This document shows positions 14,861 to 30,129 of a DNA stretch of 64,000 nucleotides, in pieces. The position numbers and the translations under genes were made by a program. Positions within the stretch are counted from its first letter, which is position 1; each line of letters starts with the position of its first letter. Below the pieces are notes generated by a model that made no database searches, was not told the origin of the DNA, and worked only from the letters and a program-made list of their open reading frames with translations. Source of the DNA: Lama glama (lineage: Eukaryota); NCBI GenBank assembly GCA_028534125.1, contig CM052823.1, forward strand, positions 1,922,001-1,986,000. Direction: 5' to 3'.

Positions 14861-15261
14861 GAGCCCACACAGTTACTCAGACCACCGCTGTGAAGAAAAG
14901 ATCCCAGGGGCAAGGCCTGGCGTATGCAGAGGCTGGCGGTGGGGGAGAGAGGTGGAGCGAGCAGGAAAGAGGGAGGAGACTGGGCCCTTGAGTGCAGGAG
15001 GAGAGCTGTCCCCAGACACACAACGTAGAGGATGGTGAACCCCCATGTGCACCCACTGTTCAGCGGTGACATGTTTCGAATGAGCAGGTGAGGTCATTCG
15101 GGAGGCAGTGTGGCTACAGTCAAGTTTTGATGATGAAAAGGGCAAATCTTTATTTACGTAGAGAACTGCTTTCCTTTCCAGGTCATTTTCCAGGATTTCC
15201 AGGCAATTAAGATTTCACTGCAGTGATGTGAAACATGCTGACCTTTTGTTCCATTAACTAA

Positions 15262-15453
<192 letters not shown>

Positions 15454-15719
15454 TGAGAACCCAGCGTTCACAGACCTGGGCCCTCCTGCCCTGGCAGGAG
15501 TGAGCTGCTGCTGGTCTCCAGGACCGCAGCCTTCCCTGGGTGCCTGTCCCTGCAGTGGCCTTGACTCCTTCTCCCTCCCCGCGCTCCCCTGAGCATCCCC
15601 CTCGGGTGTCTCTGCCAGGGCCCAGGGAACCTTCGTGGAAACTTGAGGCATTTATCTCAGTTCTGCCCCACGCGCAGAGGAATTATTGAATTTGGAAATG
15701 TTTATGTCGTCCCTCCTTG

Positions 15720-16450
15720 AGGGGAGTGAAGATTATAAATAGATGGCTGCCGCCCGACCGTTTTCTTTCTTCTTCGTCCATCTCTGTGGCTGCCCTTTCG
15801 TGCCCTCAACCCTGTTCCCCAGCCCCTCTCCCAGCCCTGACTGAGACACCGGTGGTCTGCATCGTCCCCAGACTCCCTCTTGGCATCTGTCTTCACCGCC
15901 CACCCTGTGTTCCTCCATTTCTCATTCACCTCAGAGCCATGGGTCCTCCTTTCCAAGGACACGTTGCTGGTCCACTTCCCGACCACGCCCTTTCTGATCT
16001 GCACGCCGCACCCCCACCCCCGGTCCTTTGTCCTCTCCTTCACGCACCCCTGCCCCCAGCGCCTGCCCTCTGCCCAGGCTGCCCGCAGCCATGGTCTCCC
16101 CTGTCTCCTCCGCACACCGGCTTCCAGAACTTGCCACCTCCTCTCTTGGAAATTCCTTCTTGGGTTTCTGGCCTCTCTCATGCTGTCACTCTAAACCGTC
16201 CTAGTAATTCTAGGTGCCCCTTTGTTCTGAGAGTTCTTCCTGCCGGTGCTAGCCACTGCCGCGGGCAGACAATACACACCGCTTGTCTGGGCTGGTCGCT
16301 GCTCTGAGCCTCAGGCCCCCCGACGCGGCGGGTGCTCTCACTCCTGCGTCCCCGGCATCTCCGGTTTGTCGTGTCCGAGCCACTTGTGGTCGTTCTCCTT
16401 CCCGGTTGCACCTGCGTCTGCTTTCCGGCTGCGGCAGCGGCTCGGGGTCT
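15720..16450. mobile_element. degraded L2-like fragment
   Basis: pyrimidine-rich remnants such as ttgccacctcctctcttggaaattccttc; weak similarity. Confidence 0.35.
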
Positions 16451-16851
16451 CACACCCACTTAGTGCTCAGCAGGTGCTGGTGGGCTGAGTCATCCCCGCC
16501 CTGCAGCCACCTGGGCTCGAGAGGTGGGTGGCCTATGGCTCAGCCTCCACGTGGCCCCACTGCCTTCCTCCCCACCAGCTCCGCTGGTCCCCTCCCCGCC
16601 CTCACCCCCAGCCCCCCCCTTTCATGTTGTCACTGGCACGTTGGCCGACATGGGAGACTCACTGAAGCAGTTCTCCTGTGGGAAAATAGATAGCTGCTGC
16701 CCCAGGAAATTTGAGGGAGGAATAAGGTGTTTGAGGAAAGAAATACCGACAGCAAATTCTGTTCAGGTTTATATTCATGTAGAAGTGACTTATGAAAGAA
16801 GGTAACTGAGCCATAATTAACATGACTTGTTGTGTTAACCTCTGGAGTGAA

Positions 16852-16869
16852 GTGTGTGTGTGTGTGTGT
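16852..16869. repeat. (GT)9 microsatellite
   Basis: read directly. Confidence 0.9.
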
Positions 16870-18617
16870 ATGAATTTGTTAAATTATGAAAATCCTACGG
16901 TTAGGGAGAAGTGATTCTCACCTTACCATATTGGTTAGTACCTACCCAGTTGTCGCGGTGAGTGAGCACATTTTGAGAGTCAGTGTTGTTTAATCTCAGT
17001 CTAGGTAACACAGATCCTGTTTAATTGGCATGCTCAGCACTAAGTCCAAGAATGTTTACTTATCGTGATGGTTATCCTAGAATGTGTGTGGGTACGTGTG
17101 TGTGTGTGTATGTGAAAGAGAGATAAACAGTGTAATGTAGATACATAGCTACGATACTGGTTGGGGTAATTTTTAAATTTGTATTTAATTTAATAGGCTG
17201 TTTTAAACATTTAATTTCAAGATAATTGATTTCTAAAAATCAGCTTTAAAAGCACAAAGTCAGCAAGAGGTGGCCACGGAAAAGTCGCTACGCAGCAGAA
17301 GTTCATAGCTTGTAGACCAGACTAGGCTTTTAGTTCATTTTATTGGGTCAGTGAAAAAACACTGAGAGCTTGCTCTTAAAGCAGAACTGCCGAGGGTGTG
17401 TGCTGCCTGTGGGCACTGCGCTGGCGACCCCGGGTCAGGAGCAGGCTTCACCCTGAACTTTGAGTAGGCGGGTGCTGGGAACACGGGCCGCCTGGTGGCA
17501 GCAGTGTTGCAGGCGCTCAGGGTTCGGCCACCCTCACCAGGCCTGGTTTGGGGCGACAGTGGTTCCAGAACCACCGGTCTCCTCACACGTGGATGTTGTG
17601 AGCTGATGGGAGGCCCATGTAAATCCTCTCGTCTGCTTCAGTTCATAGAATGGGACACCTACCTCAATTACATTTTTGAAAGAAAAAACATTTTTAAAAA
17701 TTTTAGAAAAAAAGAACGTGTGGAAAACAAGCTCTGACTGTCAGCATGAGACTACATGTGAGACGGGGCTCAAGGCCTGCGCGCTGGCGCTCCACTGGGC
17801 CTGCTGTTGTTTCTGTTCAGCTTTGCAAGTTGCAGATATAAGGAGTTAAAATCTTACGTGCTCATGAAAGAAGAAGTCTTACTATAATTATGCCAAAGAC
17901 CTGATTGCTTTAAAATACAGATTCCACCTGTGTACTAAAGCTCTTTTTAAAAAAACCTTAGCCTACAAGATGGCCTTTTACCTATGTGCTACAGGCCACA
18001 CGTCTTCATAGCAGAATCCTGTTCCGTTATGTGCATCAAATAAATCATGTACTGCAGATAGTCATGTTTCTTGGAAATAATCGACCCAGATCAGTAGTTC
18101 AGATCAGTGAGCAGGTGTGTGCCTGCCCTGCCAGCTGTGTGGCTCCTGAACTATAGATCTGTGACAGGGGCTGCCATGTGGGGCCGCCACACCACCGGCC
18201 ACCCCCAGGGGGCCCTGGACGCGAGGGCCCAGCTAGGAAGCTGTAGCTGAAGTGTGCACATCAGCCAGGTGGGATCTCAGGTGTTGGCCATGGAGGTGGC
18301 ATGTGTGGAAGGGGCAGTGGGAGCCCACAGCGGGGAAGTGAGTTCTGAGCAGCGCTGGGCGCAGTGGTTCGCGTAGAGGGTGGGGAGGGCTGGAGCAGGA
18401 AAGAGCTGAGGAGACCAGATTGGAGCCACCTGGGGGGAGATGAGGGTGCATCTGCTTCCCAGTGAGTCTGCGAGGCCAGGCTTCCCGCATCCTGGAAGGT
18501 GGGGACACTGTCTCCAGTGCCTCTGTCCCAGCGGGGCCCCTCTGCTCAGGACTGTGCTCTGCAGGGCACTGTTCAGATGGACGGACACAGCCCGACTCTC
18601 TCCCTGATTCTTTACAG

Positions 18618-18713
18618 ACGGCTTGCTTCCGGGAGGAGCGGGACGTGCTGGTGAACGGTGACTGTCAGTGGATCACCACGCTGCACTACGCCTTTCAGGA
18701 CGAAAATTACCTG
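18618..18713 (+). CDS. CDC42BPB: exon 4 (96 nt) [32 protein letters not shown]
   Basis: tttacag| ... |gtatgt; within ORF 18462..18794. Confidence 0.97.
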
Positions 18714-19565
18714 GTATGTGTGGGCACCAACAGCTTCAGGGCTCCATCACAGGGCATTTCACTGACATTTTTGACTCCTTTGTGCTGCCACTAAAAGATG
18801 AGTAAGACGCTTTGGAATTGAGGTTGCTTAAATATATATTTGACAGATAAAACCATTGAATTACATTAAAACAAACCCCGTCGTGTTCCTCCTAGTCTCT
18901 CTGCACACGTGCCTTGGTCGGGAACGCCACCGTTGGCCCAGCGGCTTCTGCCCGTCATTCCCGGGTCTGGGTCTGCGTCTGCGTGATGGTCCAGGCACAG
19001 GAGTGCCCTCCCCGCAGGGCGGCTCCGCTCTCTTTCTGCGCCCGTCACTCTGACATCACTGTGTTCGTCTCTGGGCTTGCTTATGGTCCCTGTCCCTCCA
19101 CCTGGTGGCAGCTCCGTAGAGGAGGGGCCTGTTACCTGGAGGGAGCCGACAAGGTTGTTACTGAGAGTGAGTGAGTGAATGAGGGTCCTGTGTGCAAGCA
19201 GAGCTGTGCCAGGTGTAGGAGAGACAGCCGACGGCTGACACGGGGCTCTGGCCCTCCCAGCTCGCTGTGGGTTGCGGGGTGGGTGACAGAGCAGGGAAGC
19301 CTGGTTGAGGTGCCCGTGGGTGGGGAGGGGCAGGGAGATCCGGGAGGCTTCTGAGGTGGGGTCCGTTGAGGTGAGTCTTGAAAGCTGAGTCTGAGGCAAG
19401 GTGAGAGGTTTGCTGGTAAAAACTGTTTGAGGGCAGGAGTCTAAAGTGAGGGCGTCTCCCCCTTCCTCAGGTGGATGAGTTTCCTTTCCTGGGAGACCCT
19501 GCAGCCTCCTTTTAAGGTCACGGCTCAGAGTCCAGTGGCTCAGACTCACCTCTCAGCTCTGCCAC

Positions 19566-19700
19566 TGGCCTTCCCTCACCTGTAGACCGCGAGCATGACG
19601 GCCTGCGCGGGGCTGCTCTGAGGACTCAGGGACCCGACGGGCATGGGGTGTAGAACCAGGGCACCGCACGTCGTGGCTGCACACTGAGCGGCAGCTGTCA
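19566..19700 (+). mobile_element. GC-shifted MIR fragment
   Basis: ccttccctcacctgtaga...ggggctgctctgaggactcagg collinear with recalled MIR 3' half. Confidence 0.45.
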
Positions 19701-20553
19701 GTATGAGGATCTCAGAGCAAACGAGGCAGTGCTGCTTCCTCTCTCTTCCATCAGCTGAAAGCTAACTGCTCAGACCCGAGCATCCCTCTCTCAAAAGGAA
19801 ACTGGCGTCAGAGAAGGCAGTTCCTGCTGGACAGCGTCTCCAGCGGGCTCTGTGCTCGTGGCCCAGCAGCGGGGGGGTTGGCTGCCCCTGACCCTGGCTG
19901 CGCCCCCTGGCCTACAGGTGTCCCGCTGGGTCTCCACAGCCCCAGGCTTCCTCCATCACGGCCTTCAGAGCCAGCCGGAGCCGCTGTCCTCCCAGGGAAG
20001 GCTGCCCAGCACCTTGGGCAGTGCCCCTCCTGTCACTGGTTTCTGCTCCAGCAGAAAGGTTCTCTGAGCCTTCCCTGGGGGCGAGCCCGGGAGCACTTAC
20101 CTTTCAGTTGGTACCGTTTTTCTGGTGAGAGTTGCCAGTTCTGTGTGATTTTAGATCATTCACTTCCCTTCTGTGGTCCTGCGTCCTCTTCCTGTGACAG
20201 CAGAGGCTGGAGAGATTCTCAAGCCCTGTAGACCTTGACGGACTCTTTCTTATGCTTCCAATTCGGTCACCAGCGTTCAGGGCGCCTTCTCCAGTGTCAG
20301 ACGCTTCAGGCACCTTTTCCACTGATGGCGTGTACGTTATTCATTGAAATCTGTTCTCTGCCAGATACATCCCCTGAAGCGTAGCAGTGTCCTGGCGCGT
20401 CTGGGGGCAGCCTGGGCGGCAGGCGCAGTGGGAAGCAAGCCGTTGGTCCAGACTTGAGTTACGAAGCCTCCGCAGTGGAAGCTGGCCCTTTAGCCGTTAG
20501 GTTTAGCTGTGACTAAATACCGTGTTCTCTGCCCTTCCCTTCCCCATTTGTAG

Positions 20554-20703
<150 letters not shown>

Positions 20704-21586
20704 TGAGCTCCTTTTTATGTATTTTATGGAAGCCACATTTACTGTGTTAAATATTCCCTTCAGAATTCCTGAGTCGTAGAGCCCGGGCTGCGGGCTCTCC
20801 TGAGAAGTCGGCAGCTAGAGGGCTCTCACTTTGGCTGTGGCCACGGTGCAGGATGCCTGACCGGGTCACTGCCTTCAGACCTCAGCGCCTGGAGCCCAGG
20901 ACATTCCGGCTCCACTGTGACCATCGTGATGCTCTCTCTGTCAGCTGAAGTCACCTGCCTCTTGATATTTACCTGACACTGACTCGCGCCCTCCCCTGCC
21001 TCAGGCACACACAGAACACTCATGGAAGGGTGGTTGGGTTGAGGAGTGGGGCTCACATCACAGCAATGGGGAGGACTTAAATGGAGTGTAACTGCCTCTT
21101 GAGTGTGTGGGGCGGGGTGGAGACTGGGGCAGGCCCCCTGCTCTCCTGGCCTTCTGCTGCCGGGCACCGGCCTGGGTGCTCGCCCAGCCCGCACCTCCGC
21201 ATCTGTCTCACTCTGCTGTTAAAGACGGCAGTGCAGGCCTGTAGGGCTGGAGGGGGGGGTTGGTTTTGATTTGTTTTACTTTTATGAGAGTGATTTCGTA
21301 GCAATAGCAAAAGTCAGATAGTTGTATAGGACTTACAGCAAAACCTGGGTCTCCAGCCCTGCCCCACCCTTGCCACAGTAACGGCTGACAACTTTTTCAG
21401 TTGTTTCTTCAACTTTCGTTGCTACCTTCACGGTTCTAAATAACAGGCTTCAGTTGCTATTTTATTTTTTGTGGGGAGGGAGTTTAGATCACACCTGTTA
21501 AAGCAGATTTAACTCTTCTACTAAGTGCATGTCTCTCCCTCACCCCTCTCTTCTGCACACACTCTCAGACTTCCCTCTTCTGGTCC

Positions 21587-21784
21587 CAGCTGGTAAAATG
21601 CAGCAACACGGGTTTGAGCTGCTCAGGTCCACTTATACACGGTTTCTTTCACGCACACACACTGTTGTGCTACGCGGTCTGCAGGTGCGGGTCGCAGGGA
21701 CGGAGGCCGACTACGGAGTCGTACTCAGATTACACTGTGCAGAGGGTTGGCGCCCCAACTCCGGTGTTGCTCAAGGGTCAGCTG
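21587..21784. mobile_element. MER8 / Tigger2-derived DNA transposon fossil
   Basis: caacacgggtttgagctgctcaggtccacttatacacgg ... ggcgccccaactccggtgttgctcaagggtcagctg followed by TA. Confidence 0.75.
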
Positions 21785-24199
21785 TAGTAACTATTGGTTA
21801 AATCAGAGTTTGGTGTTTGTAATATAACGTGTAAATATTACAGATGAGCTTTGTACTATAAATGGTTATACTGCTTATAAAAGTTTTCGTTTCCTCTGGA
21901 GTTGATAATTGCCCTGTTTTTTCATTAGCTACTTTTCTATGCAGCTGTCACTAATTATCACCAAATGTTGTGACCAGATTCTAAAGCCTGTGCATTCAGG
22001 CCCACCGGGTATGCTTGGTCTGCTGTCTTCCTGACTCTGTCCCATCCATCTCCCCCGTTCCTCCCTTCCCTGGTGGTTCTCATTCAGAGCTTTCTTTTCA
22101 AGTGGAGAGATCCCTTCCCATCTCCCTGGGGCTGGATCCCTTGTTTTCTGAATCACGCGCCTTCCTTTCTTGGTTTGTTCTTTTGACTCGGGAGCACATA
22201 CCCTCCAGTACTTGCTGGAGAAGTTGTGTGAGATCTTTTTTTTTAAGATCAGCATCTTAGTTCCACTGCCTGACTGATAGGCTGCCCAGTGGTGGAATTC
22301 TTGATGAGGAATCATCCTCTTGGGACTGGGATGGTGTCGTGCCTTCCGTGTTGCTGAGCCCTCACGGGTCCCCTGAGCGGACGTCATGGGCGGGCCGAGC
22401 CTTGAAGCCCGTCAAGGATTTTCCAAAGCAGCGCAGGTCCTGTTCCGAGGGGAGCGATGGCGCCCGGTGTCGGAGTACCAGCCCTTCAGGTCCCGCCCCG
22501 AGTGTGACCTCGTTGCTCAGGGAGGAAGTGGAGGCCCTGGGAGGTGGGACACTCGCCGCAGCGCACGGCCCTGCTCAGGGCGCTGTGCGGCAGGTCCCCA
22601 CGTCACAGGGAGCTGCCCAGTAGCAGTGCGGCTTCTAGGGTGATGCTGCTGGGGACAACGTGTCTTCTTTTTTCCTGTGTTCATTTCTGTCTCTGTGCCT
22701 GCTTTTGTGACAGTTATTATGGTTGTTTTTAACATTAGATTTTATGCTCTTCTTGATAGAACTTTGCCTGATTCACAACAGAGAGGTGAATGTCTTTGTA
22801 TTTGTCACAGATCTCCAAGGAAATTCATTTGACCAGCTTTTAAGTAGTTTATTCTTTCCTGTTTTCCCCTAATTAGAAAGCTTTCTCGTTTTCTTAATTG
22901 GTTCTGGAGAAGCTTTGCTCTGTCATTTAATCTCCGGACATAGTAGGAAACATTAAAATATGCAACTCAAAAACTTTGTCTCTCAGAGTCAACTCAGTGT
23001 TCAGACTAAGTGCTTGAACAACTTAGTCTAAAAACCAGAAAGCTGCATTGTTGCAGAGTTCACCACATGGGATTTTGTAGGAAGTCGGTCCTTCCCCAGT
23101 CTCAGAGGGGCATACTGTGAGCAAGCTCAGGCTATGTTAGGGGCCGGAAGCGAGCGGCCTCGTTGGCACAAGTGTTACCACGGGTGGGCGTAACAAACGC
23201 AGTTAAGACTGCAGCCTTGGGCCCCTTTCCGAGGGAGGATGTGTACCGTGGCGGCTGTGGGCAGTGCCCTCTGCCCCACTGGCTGGACTGGCACGTCGGT
23301 AGCTGGACCCCGGAGAGGCTTGCTGGGTGCAGGGAGCAGGCCACGCAGGTGGGTGCGGCCGGAAACGCCACGTCCCCGGGAGAGCAGAGGGTGCGTCCCC
23401 TGTGAACGAAGCAAGAACAGGTACAGTTTTAAGAGAAGGAATATTCAGAGAACAAAAAAAGTCTTGGAAAAGAAAAAACTAGGAAGTTGAGTAGAAGAGT
23501 GTGGAGTAGAATTAGAGGAGCCAGGATGAAGACAGAAACCTGGGTGGGGGGCTTGGGGCCCCCCAGAGGGAGGGCCTGGAGTGGAAGCCTATCCCACCCC
23601 TGCACACACCCCCCCACCCCCCGAACCTGGGGGTGGGCTTTGTTGAAGGAGCCTCACAGGGGCAAGGGTGGAGGCTGGCGCTGACATGTCGCTCAGATGT
23701 GGGACGGTGATGGACAGGCTGGGCCTCCCTCTCCTGCGTCACAGGAACAACAGGAGAGGAAGGTCAGGCTGCAGTCTGTCCACCACTGTGAACGACCCCC
23801 ACCCCCAGCCGGTTCCACCGTTTCAGTCAGCAGCACAGCAGCCGACAGAGAAGCGGCCTTCCAGGGTGACGGGCTGCTCCCCAGTGTGTGCCCTGCTGGG
23901 GCCTGACAGCACTGCCTTGCTGATTTCCGAGGGAGCAGGATGCGACCCGCGGGGCTGTCATCTCCTGGCCTGGCTGTTTCTTTCCAAGTGGAGAGGTCCC
24001 TGCTCACCTCCCTGGGGCTGTGTCCCTTGCTTTCTGAGTCACGCGTCTTCCTCTTTCTTGGTTCATTCCTGTGACTTCGGTGTGCGGGAGGTCGTGGTCG
24101 GCCCCCGGCGCGCCTCCTTCCACACGCATGCCGAGCCCCGCGTGTGGGCTCTGGAGTGGCTCTCCTGCAGGTGGCCGGTTCCGTAGTTTCTACGTCTTG

Positions 24200-25270
24200 C
24201 AAATGTAAATGACGTGGTGATGAATAACCTTGTGTGTGTACCTTTCCGTAGTGCTGGTGTGTCTCCAGGGTGAACTCCTGGAAGGGGGATCCCTGGATCA
24301 ACAGAGGAGTAAGGTGTATATTAATTATATGCTAGCATTTTTAATTAGCTGTATTAGATGTTGCCAGTTTCCTTCCATAGAGAGTGTACCCTTTTGTGTT
24401 CCCACCAGCACTGTGTGAAAGTTTCTTTTCAGCCTTGCCAATGTGATGTGTTTTTAAACTTTTGCCGTCTGATGGATGAGAGATGGTATATAGTTGGGTG
24501 TATTTTGTTTGGGTTTTTTTTTGCCATTCTTGTGAACTTGAATGTCATCTTTCTGTCTTTCTGTGTGCGCCTTTGTGAGTTGTTTATTTCCTGCCATTTG
24601 CCCATTTCTCTGGATGATTTTTGGCTTTTTCCTTCAGTTGTTAAATAATTGCCTTTTACCAGTAATAAATGTTGCAAATATTTTTTCCCAGTTTGCCATT
24701 TGTCTTTTGGCTTTGTTTGTTGTAGTCTTTTGCTGTGCAGATTTTTTTTATGTATTAAATTTATTGGCCTTTTATTACATTAGGATTTTGAGTCATAGTT
24801 AGAAGTCCTTTTTTTTAACCCCCAGAGAAGAAGAAAACCAATGTTTTCTTCTAACAGTTTCAGTTTTCAGTGTAGATTGTGACCCCTCTGGAGCTGTCCT
24901 GGTGTGAAGAGTAGGTCTGGCTTTGTCTTGAGGCACAAGGCCCTCCAGTTGCCCCAGCGCCAGCTCATTTGTCTCTGCCCGCTGACTGGAGGTAACGTCT
25001 GTATTGGGAATATACTGAGTTTCCTCAGGTGGTCTGTTTCTGGATGGTCTGCTCCGTCCCCCCATGGTCTTTCTCTGCCCCACGACCACACTGTTCAGCT
25101 GTGGAGGCTCCAGATCAGGTGGGGCCAGTGTCCCCATCATCCCTCCTTCTCTGCAGTGTTTTTCTGGCTGCTCTTTCACGTTGATTGTTTCATATGCACT
25201 TCAGTGTCAACTTGTCTGGCTCCAAAAAACAGGACGATGATTTTTGATGGGCCCTTTCATCTATAGATTC
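24200..25270 (-). mobile_element. old L1 (L1ME-like) ORF2/3' fragment
   Basis: ttcccaccagcactgtgtgaaagtt; ttgcccatttctc; gttgcaaatattttttcccagtttgccatttgtcttttg. Confidence 0.65.
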
Positions 25271-26176
25271 AGGCTTTTTTTTTTTTAAACTTCTGGAAAG
25301 TTCTCTTGGTTGATAGTCTCAGGTTGTTTTATTGCTTTGATTTTGGAACACCTGCTGTGTGTGTTGCACCTTCTTTGCTGTCGTCCATTTCAGTGTCCAG
25401 CTACTTTCTCTCTGACCCTTTTCAGTCCTTTCTTTGTCTCATTTTTATTCTTCCGGGTCTTTCCCTCCCTTTCTTCGACGCCTTTCATTAGATTTTTATT
25501 TGAATTTATTCTCTCTTGGCATCTTATAATTTAGTCCTCATTTCTGTTAAAATTTTGTCTTTTTTTTCCATTGCTTTCCTGAATTAAATCAAGTTCGTTT
25601 CATTTCTCCCTTTTTGTCTAGTTCTGTTCTTAGTTTTATTTTCCTGACTCACTGAGAGATTATTTTGTTCTTTCATACTCCTGTTTATTTAAGGATATTT
25701 GTTTCAGTTTGGAGTGCTGGGCTTGAGTTTTCTTTCGCTTTGTTCGTGTTTTTTTGAGTAAGAGTTGTCATCATCTTTTGCTCACTTGTTTGTGAAGCCC
25801 GCTCCTGTTGTTGAGTCGGTGCTCCCGTGTGTGTCTGCTGAGGGTGGTGGTCTGCCCAGTTCTTTATCCGTCCTCCTGTAGGTGGACGTTAGAGGATTCC
25901 ACTTCACAGCCGTTACAAGTTGTGCTGCTGAGAACATCTCTGCAGTCTTCTTGGTGAACATCTTCCTTTGCTTTTAATGTTTATGTTCCTGTTCACACTG
26001 TCCAGTTATATAAGCTTATTCTGCCAGGAAAGAGGGCTGGTGCCTTAAAGTCAACCCTCCCGCCATGTTGGCAGGTGCACAGAAGAGCAGGTAGGACCCC
26101 AGAACCTCAAGTTCGCTTTCTTGTCTCCCTGTGCTGCTCTGTGATTGGACAGCCCCCTGTCCTTGAGCTCCGGTGA

Positions 26177-26950
<774 letters not shown>

Positions 26951-28509
26951 TAAGTCTATTTAAGAGCCAGTTGAAATTTTCTGTTTTGAGTTTAAATATC
27001 TTTATTGCTTTTTATGTTTCCAAAAGTAATATGTATGCCTTGTAAGAAGAGAGGCTGTCAGCTGGAAGCATGCCCACATGGCAGTGAGAGGCACTCTTGG
27101 GTTCTTTCTAAAAATGCTCTCAGGTGATGGACCTCAACTGTATAACAGGACCTCCTCATTTCTGTCTGGGGTGCGCAACTTCCTGTTGGTCAGGAGGTTC
27201 GCAGGTCCAGAATCGGGTCACTGGCACACAGGGTCCATGGGCCAGTGGGCACGCCCCCTAGGGCAGGGGACACCCCTGGAATGGCTGTCACCTGGAGCCC
27301 GGGTGTGGGCCCTGTCAGCCCAGCGCGCTGGCTGGCCACTCCAGCGGGGCTGCCTGGCCTTAGGGCTGTGGCAGCATCTCTCCTGGGGCCCTTGTCAGGG
27401 TTAGTCTTGGATGTTTGGGAGTCTTCTCCTTCAAAGCCAACACCACCACAGAGTCTAAGGTAAGTGCTTCTCCAGAGGAGACGATCCCTTCTCTTCTATG
27501 AGCTTTCAGGCAGCAGTAAGGGAACCCGTAAAACTGGCGTCACTTAACGGTGTTTTGAAAGGAGTGCAGCCATTTACTCGCTTTCCACAAAGCCAGTCTC
27601 TCTTATTTCTAAAGGTCTCGGCAAAGTGCTGACTGACGTATTGGTGCTATTCCCAGACCCAGCCTTCTGGCGAGGTGATGTGGCCAGAGCATTGTTGCCT
27701 TCCCCACCGGCCTGGTACCCCTCACGGTGGACACTCACCTGGGTTATTTGTCACCCGGCAGCCAGCTCCCTGCTGGTTCGCTCAATCGGGCTCGGGGGTG
27801 CGCGGCCTGAGGGAGAGTCTGGCCCTTCCTGGGACCGAATTCTTGGCTGTTGTTTGTGTCCTGCTCGACCTTCAGTCTCACAGGCCCGCACTCTCCCTGT
27901 GCTCTGAGACCAGTCTGGCTTCCCGGCTTTCCCAGCCCCCTTGCTTTCTCCATGGTGGTGGCTGCCATCGCTGACTGCACCTCTGCTTAGAAATGTCGCT
28001 GTGTCCGGGTGCGTGCCTGCTCGTGGCGACAGCTGAGGAACTGATCTTTCCCTTTAGGGACCCTGGCCTCCCAGTTCCTCGCCTCGGGAGTACCTCGGCT
28101 CCCGGCTGGTACTTCCAGGTGCTCCTTTTGGGAGGCCAGAGGGTAGGCCATGGGTGAGCAGCCTTAGCTTCCCCTAGGAGCGTGTTAGCCCAGGTGGTCT
28201 CCATGCACGTGGAAGTCTGGGAAGGGCTGGCCTGGATGCCAGTGGTCCCTGGACCGCACTTTGAGTAGCGATGGAGGTGGGACCGTGGCACCATTTGGGG
28301 GCTGTGGTGAGCACTTGAGCATCTGAAGACCCAGCGTGCTGCAGGAGAGCCTCGTGCAACCTGGAGACTGCCCCATGTTTAGTGCTGCGAAAAGAACATT
28401 CACTTGCATCAGATTTTGAATTACTTGGTTTTTTAATCTTGGTCACGTGCCAGTTTTATTCCATGATTATTTCATCATCTGTTGTCCCTGTTTTAGAGAA
28501 AGTAGCTAG

Positions 28510-28980
<471 letters not shown>

Positions 28981-30003
28981 TGACCCCTCTCTGGCCGAGG
29001 GTGATGGGGCTCACTGGTCAGAATCCCTGCAGGGAAAGTGGCTTCGGTAGGAAGGTGCGGGTGCCCATGTGACCGTGTGGAGTGGGACTTGCTGCTTGGG
29101 GGGCCAGCTGGGCACCTTGACCTTCAGGTCTGGATTCCTCAGTTAGAGGCCAGCTCCGACTCTCCGCCCTGTTCGCCTGGACGTCAGCTGTCACAGACAG
29201 ATCACGCATGTCAGCGTAGTAGTTGTCTTAATCCTTTCTTGATCCTGTTTCTTTTCCTCTAATTTTTTACTTTTCTCAGTTCATTGTTGTCTTCCGTGTT
29301 GCTTTCTTCTGTCTTCTGTTTTCTTTTAATTATTTCCTCTTCCATCTCATGTTTTTCTCTTTTTTTTCCTTTATACTACACATCAGATGTGTTCCTAGTG
29401 CAGTTCCATCCTCTGCGGTGGTGCTGTGTCCCCGCCTGCTCCGGGACGTGCTCTCAGCCCGGAGGCCCCCCGCCGTGTGCTGCTTGTCCTCCCCAGCTCG
29501 AGCAGAGAGTGTGTTAATGCTGAAGTGGTAAATGGTCTTCCACTCAGCTCTGTGTCAGAGCAAGTCATACTCTTAAATACAAAAACAAAACCACTTTTCC
29601 CAAAGTAGAAATAAATTTTTTCATTTATAAGTGAATACATACTTACCATAAAACCTTCAGACAGTGCAAAAATGTGTACAGTAGGTGGTGAGAATCAGCC
29701 CATCCTCTTCCCAAGGATACAAATAGGACTTGGTTAATTCTCAGAGCCTGTAATTACTGCATGCTCCCACCCATGAGGCCGGTCCAGCAGCCTTCGTGTG
29801 GTCATTCATTTACTCTTCACAGCAGCCCCGTGAAGCAGTGCAAGAGATCACAGAGGTCAGGCCCACTGTGCCTGGACGTGTGGCCTTGGCCTTGTGGACT
29901 TAAGCTACTGGGTTGGGGGTGGGGTGTATTTAAATAAATGGCATCACACCACATGCGACCAGATTTCTTGGTCATCTTTCTACTCGGTGCTCGGAGCTGG
30001 ACC

Positions 30004-30129
30004 TGTGTGTGTGTGTGTGTATGTGTGTCTGGGTGTGTGTGTGTGTCTCGGTGTGTATGTGGGTGGGTGTGTGTGCTTGTGTGTGTCTGTGTGTGTATGT
30101 GGGTGTGTCTGTCTGTGGGTGTGGGTGTG
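30004..30129. repeat. imperfect (TG)n tract, about 126 bp
   Basis: read directly. Confidence 0.95.
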
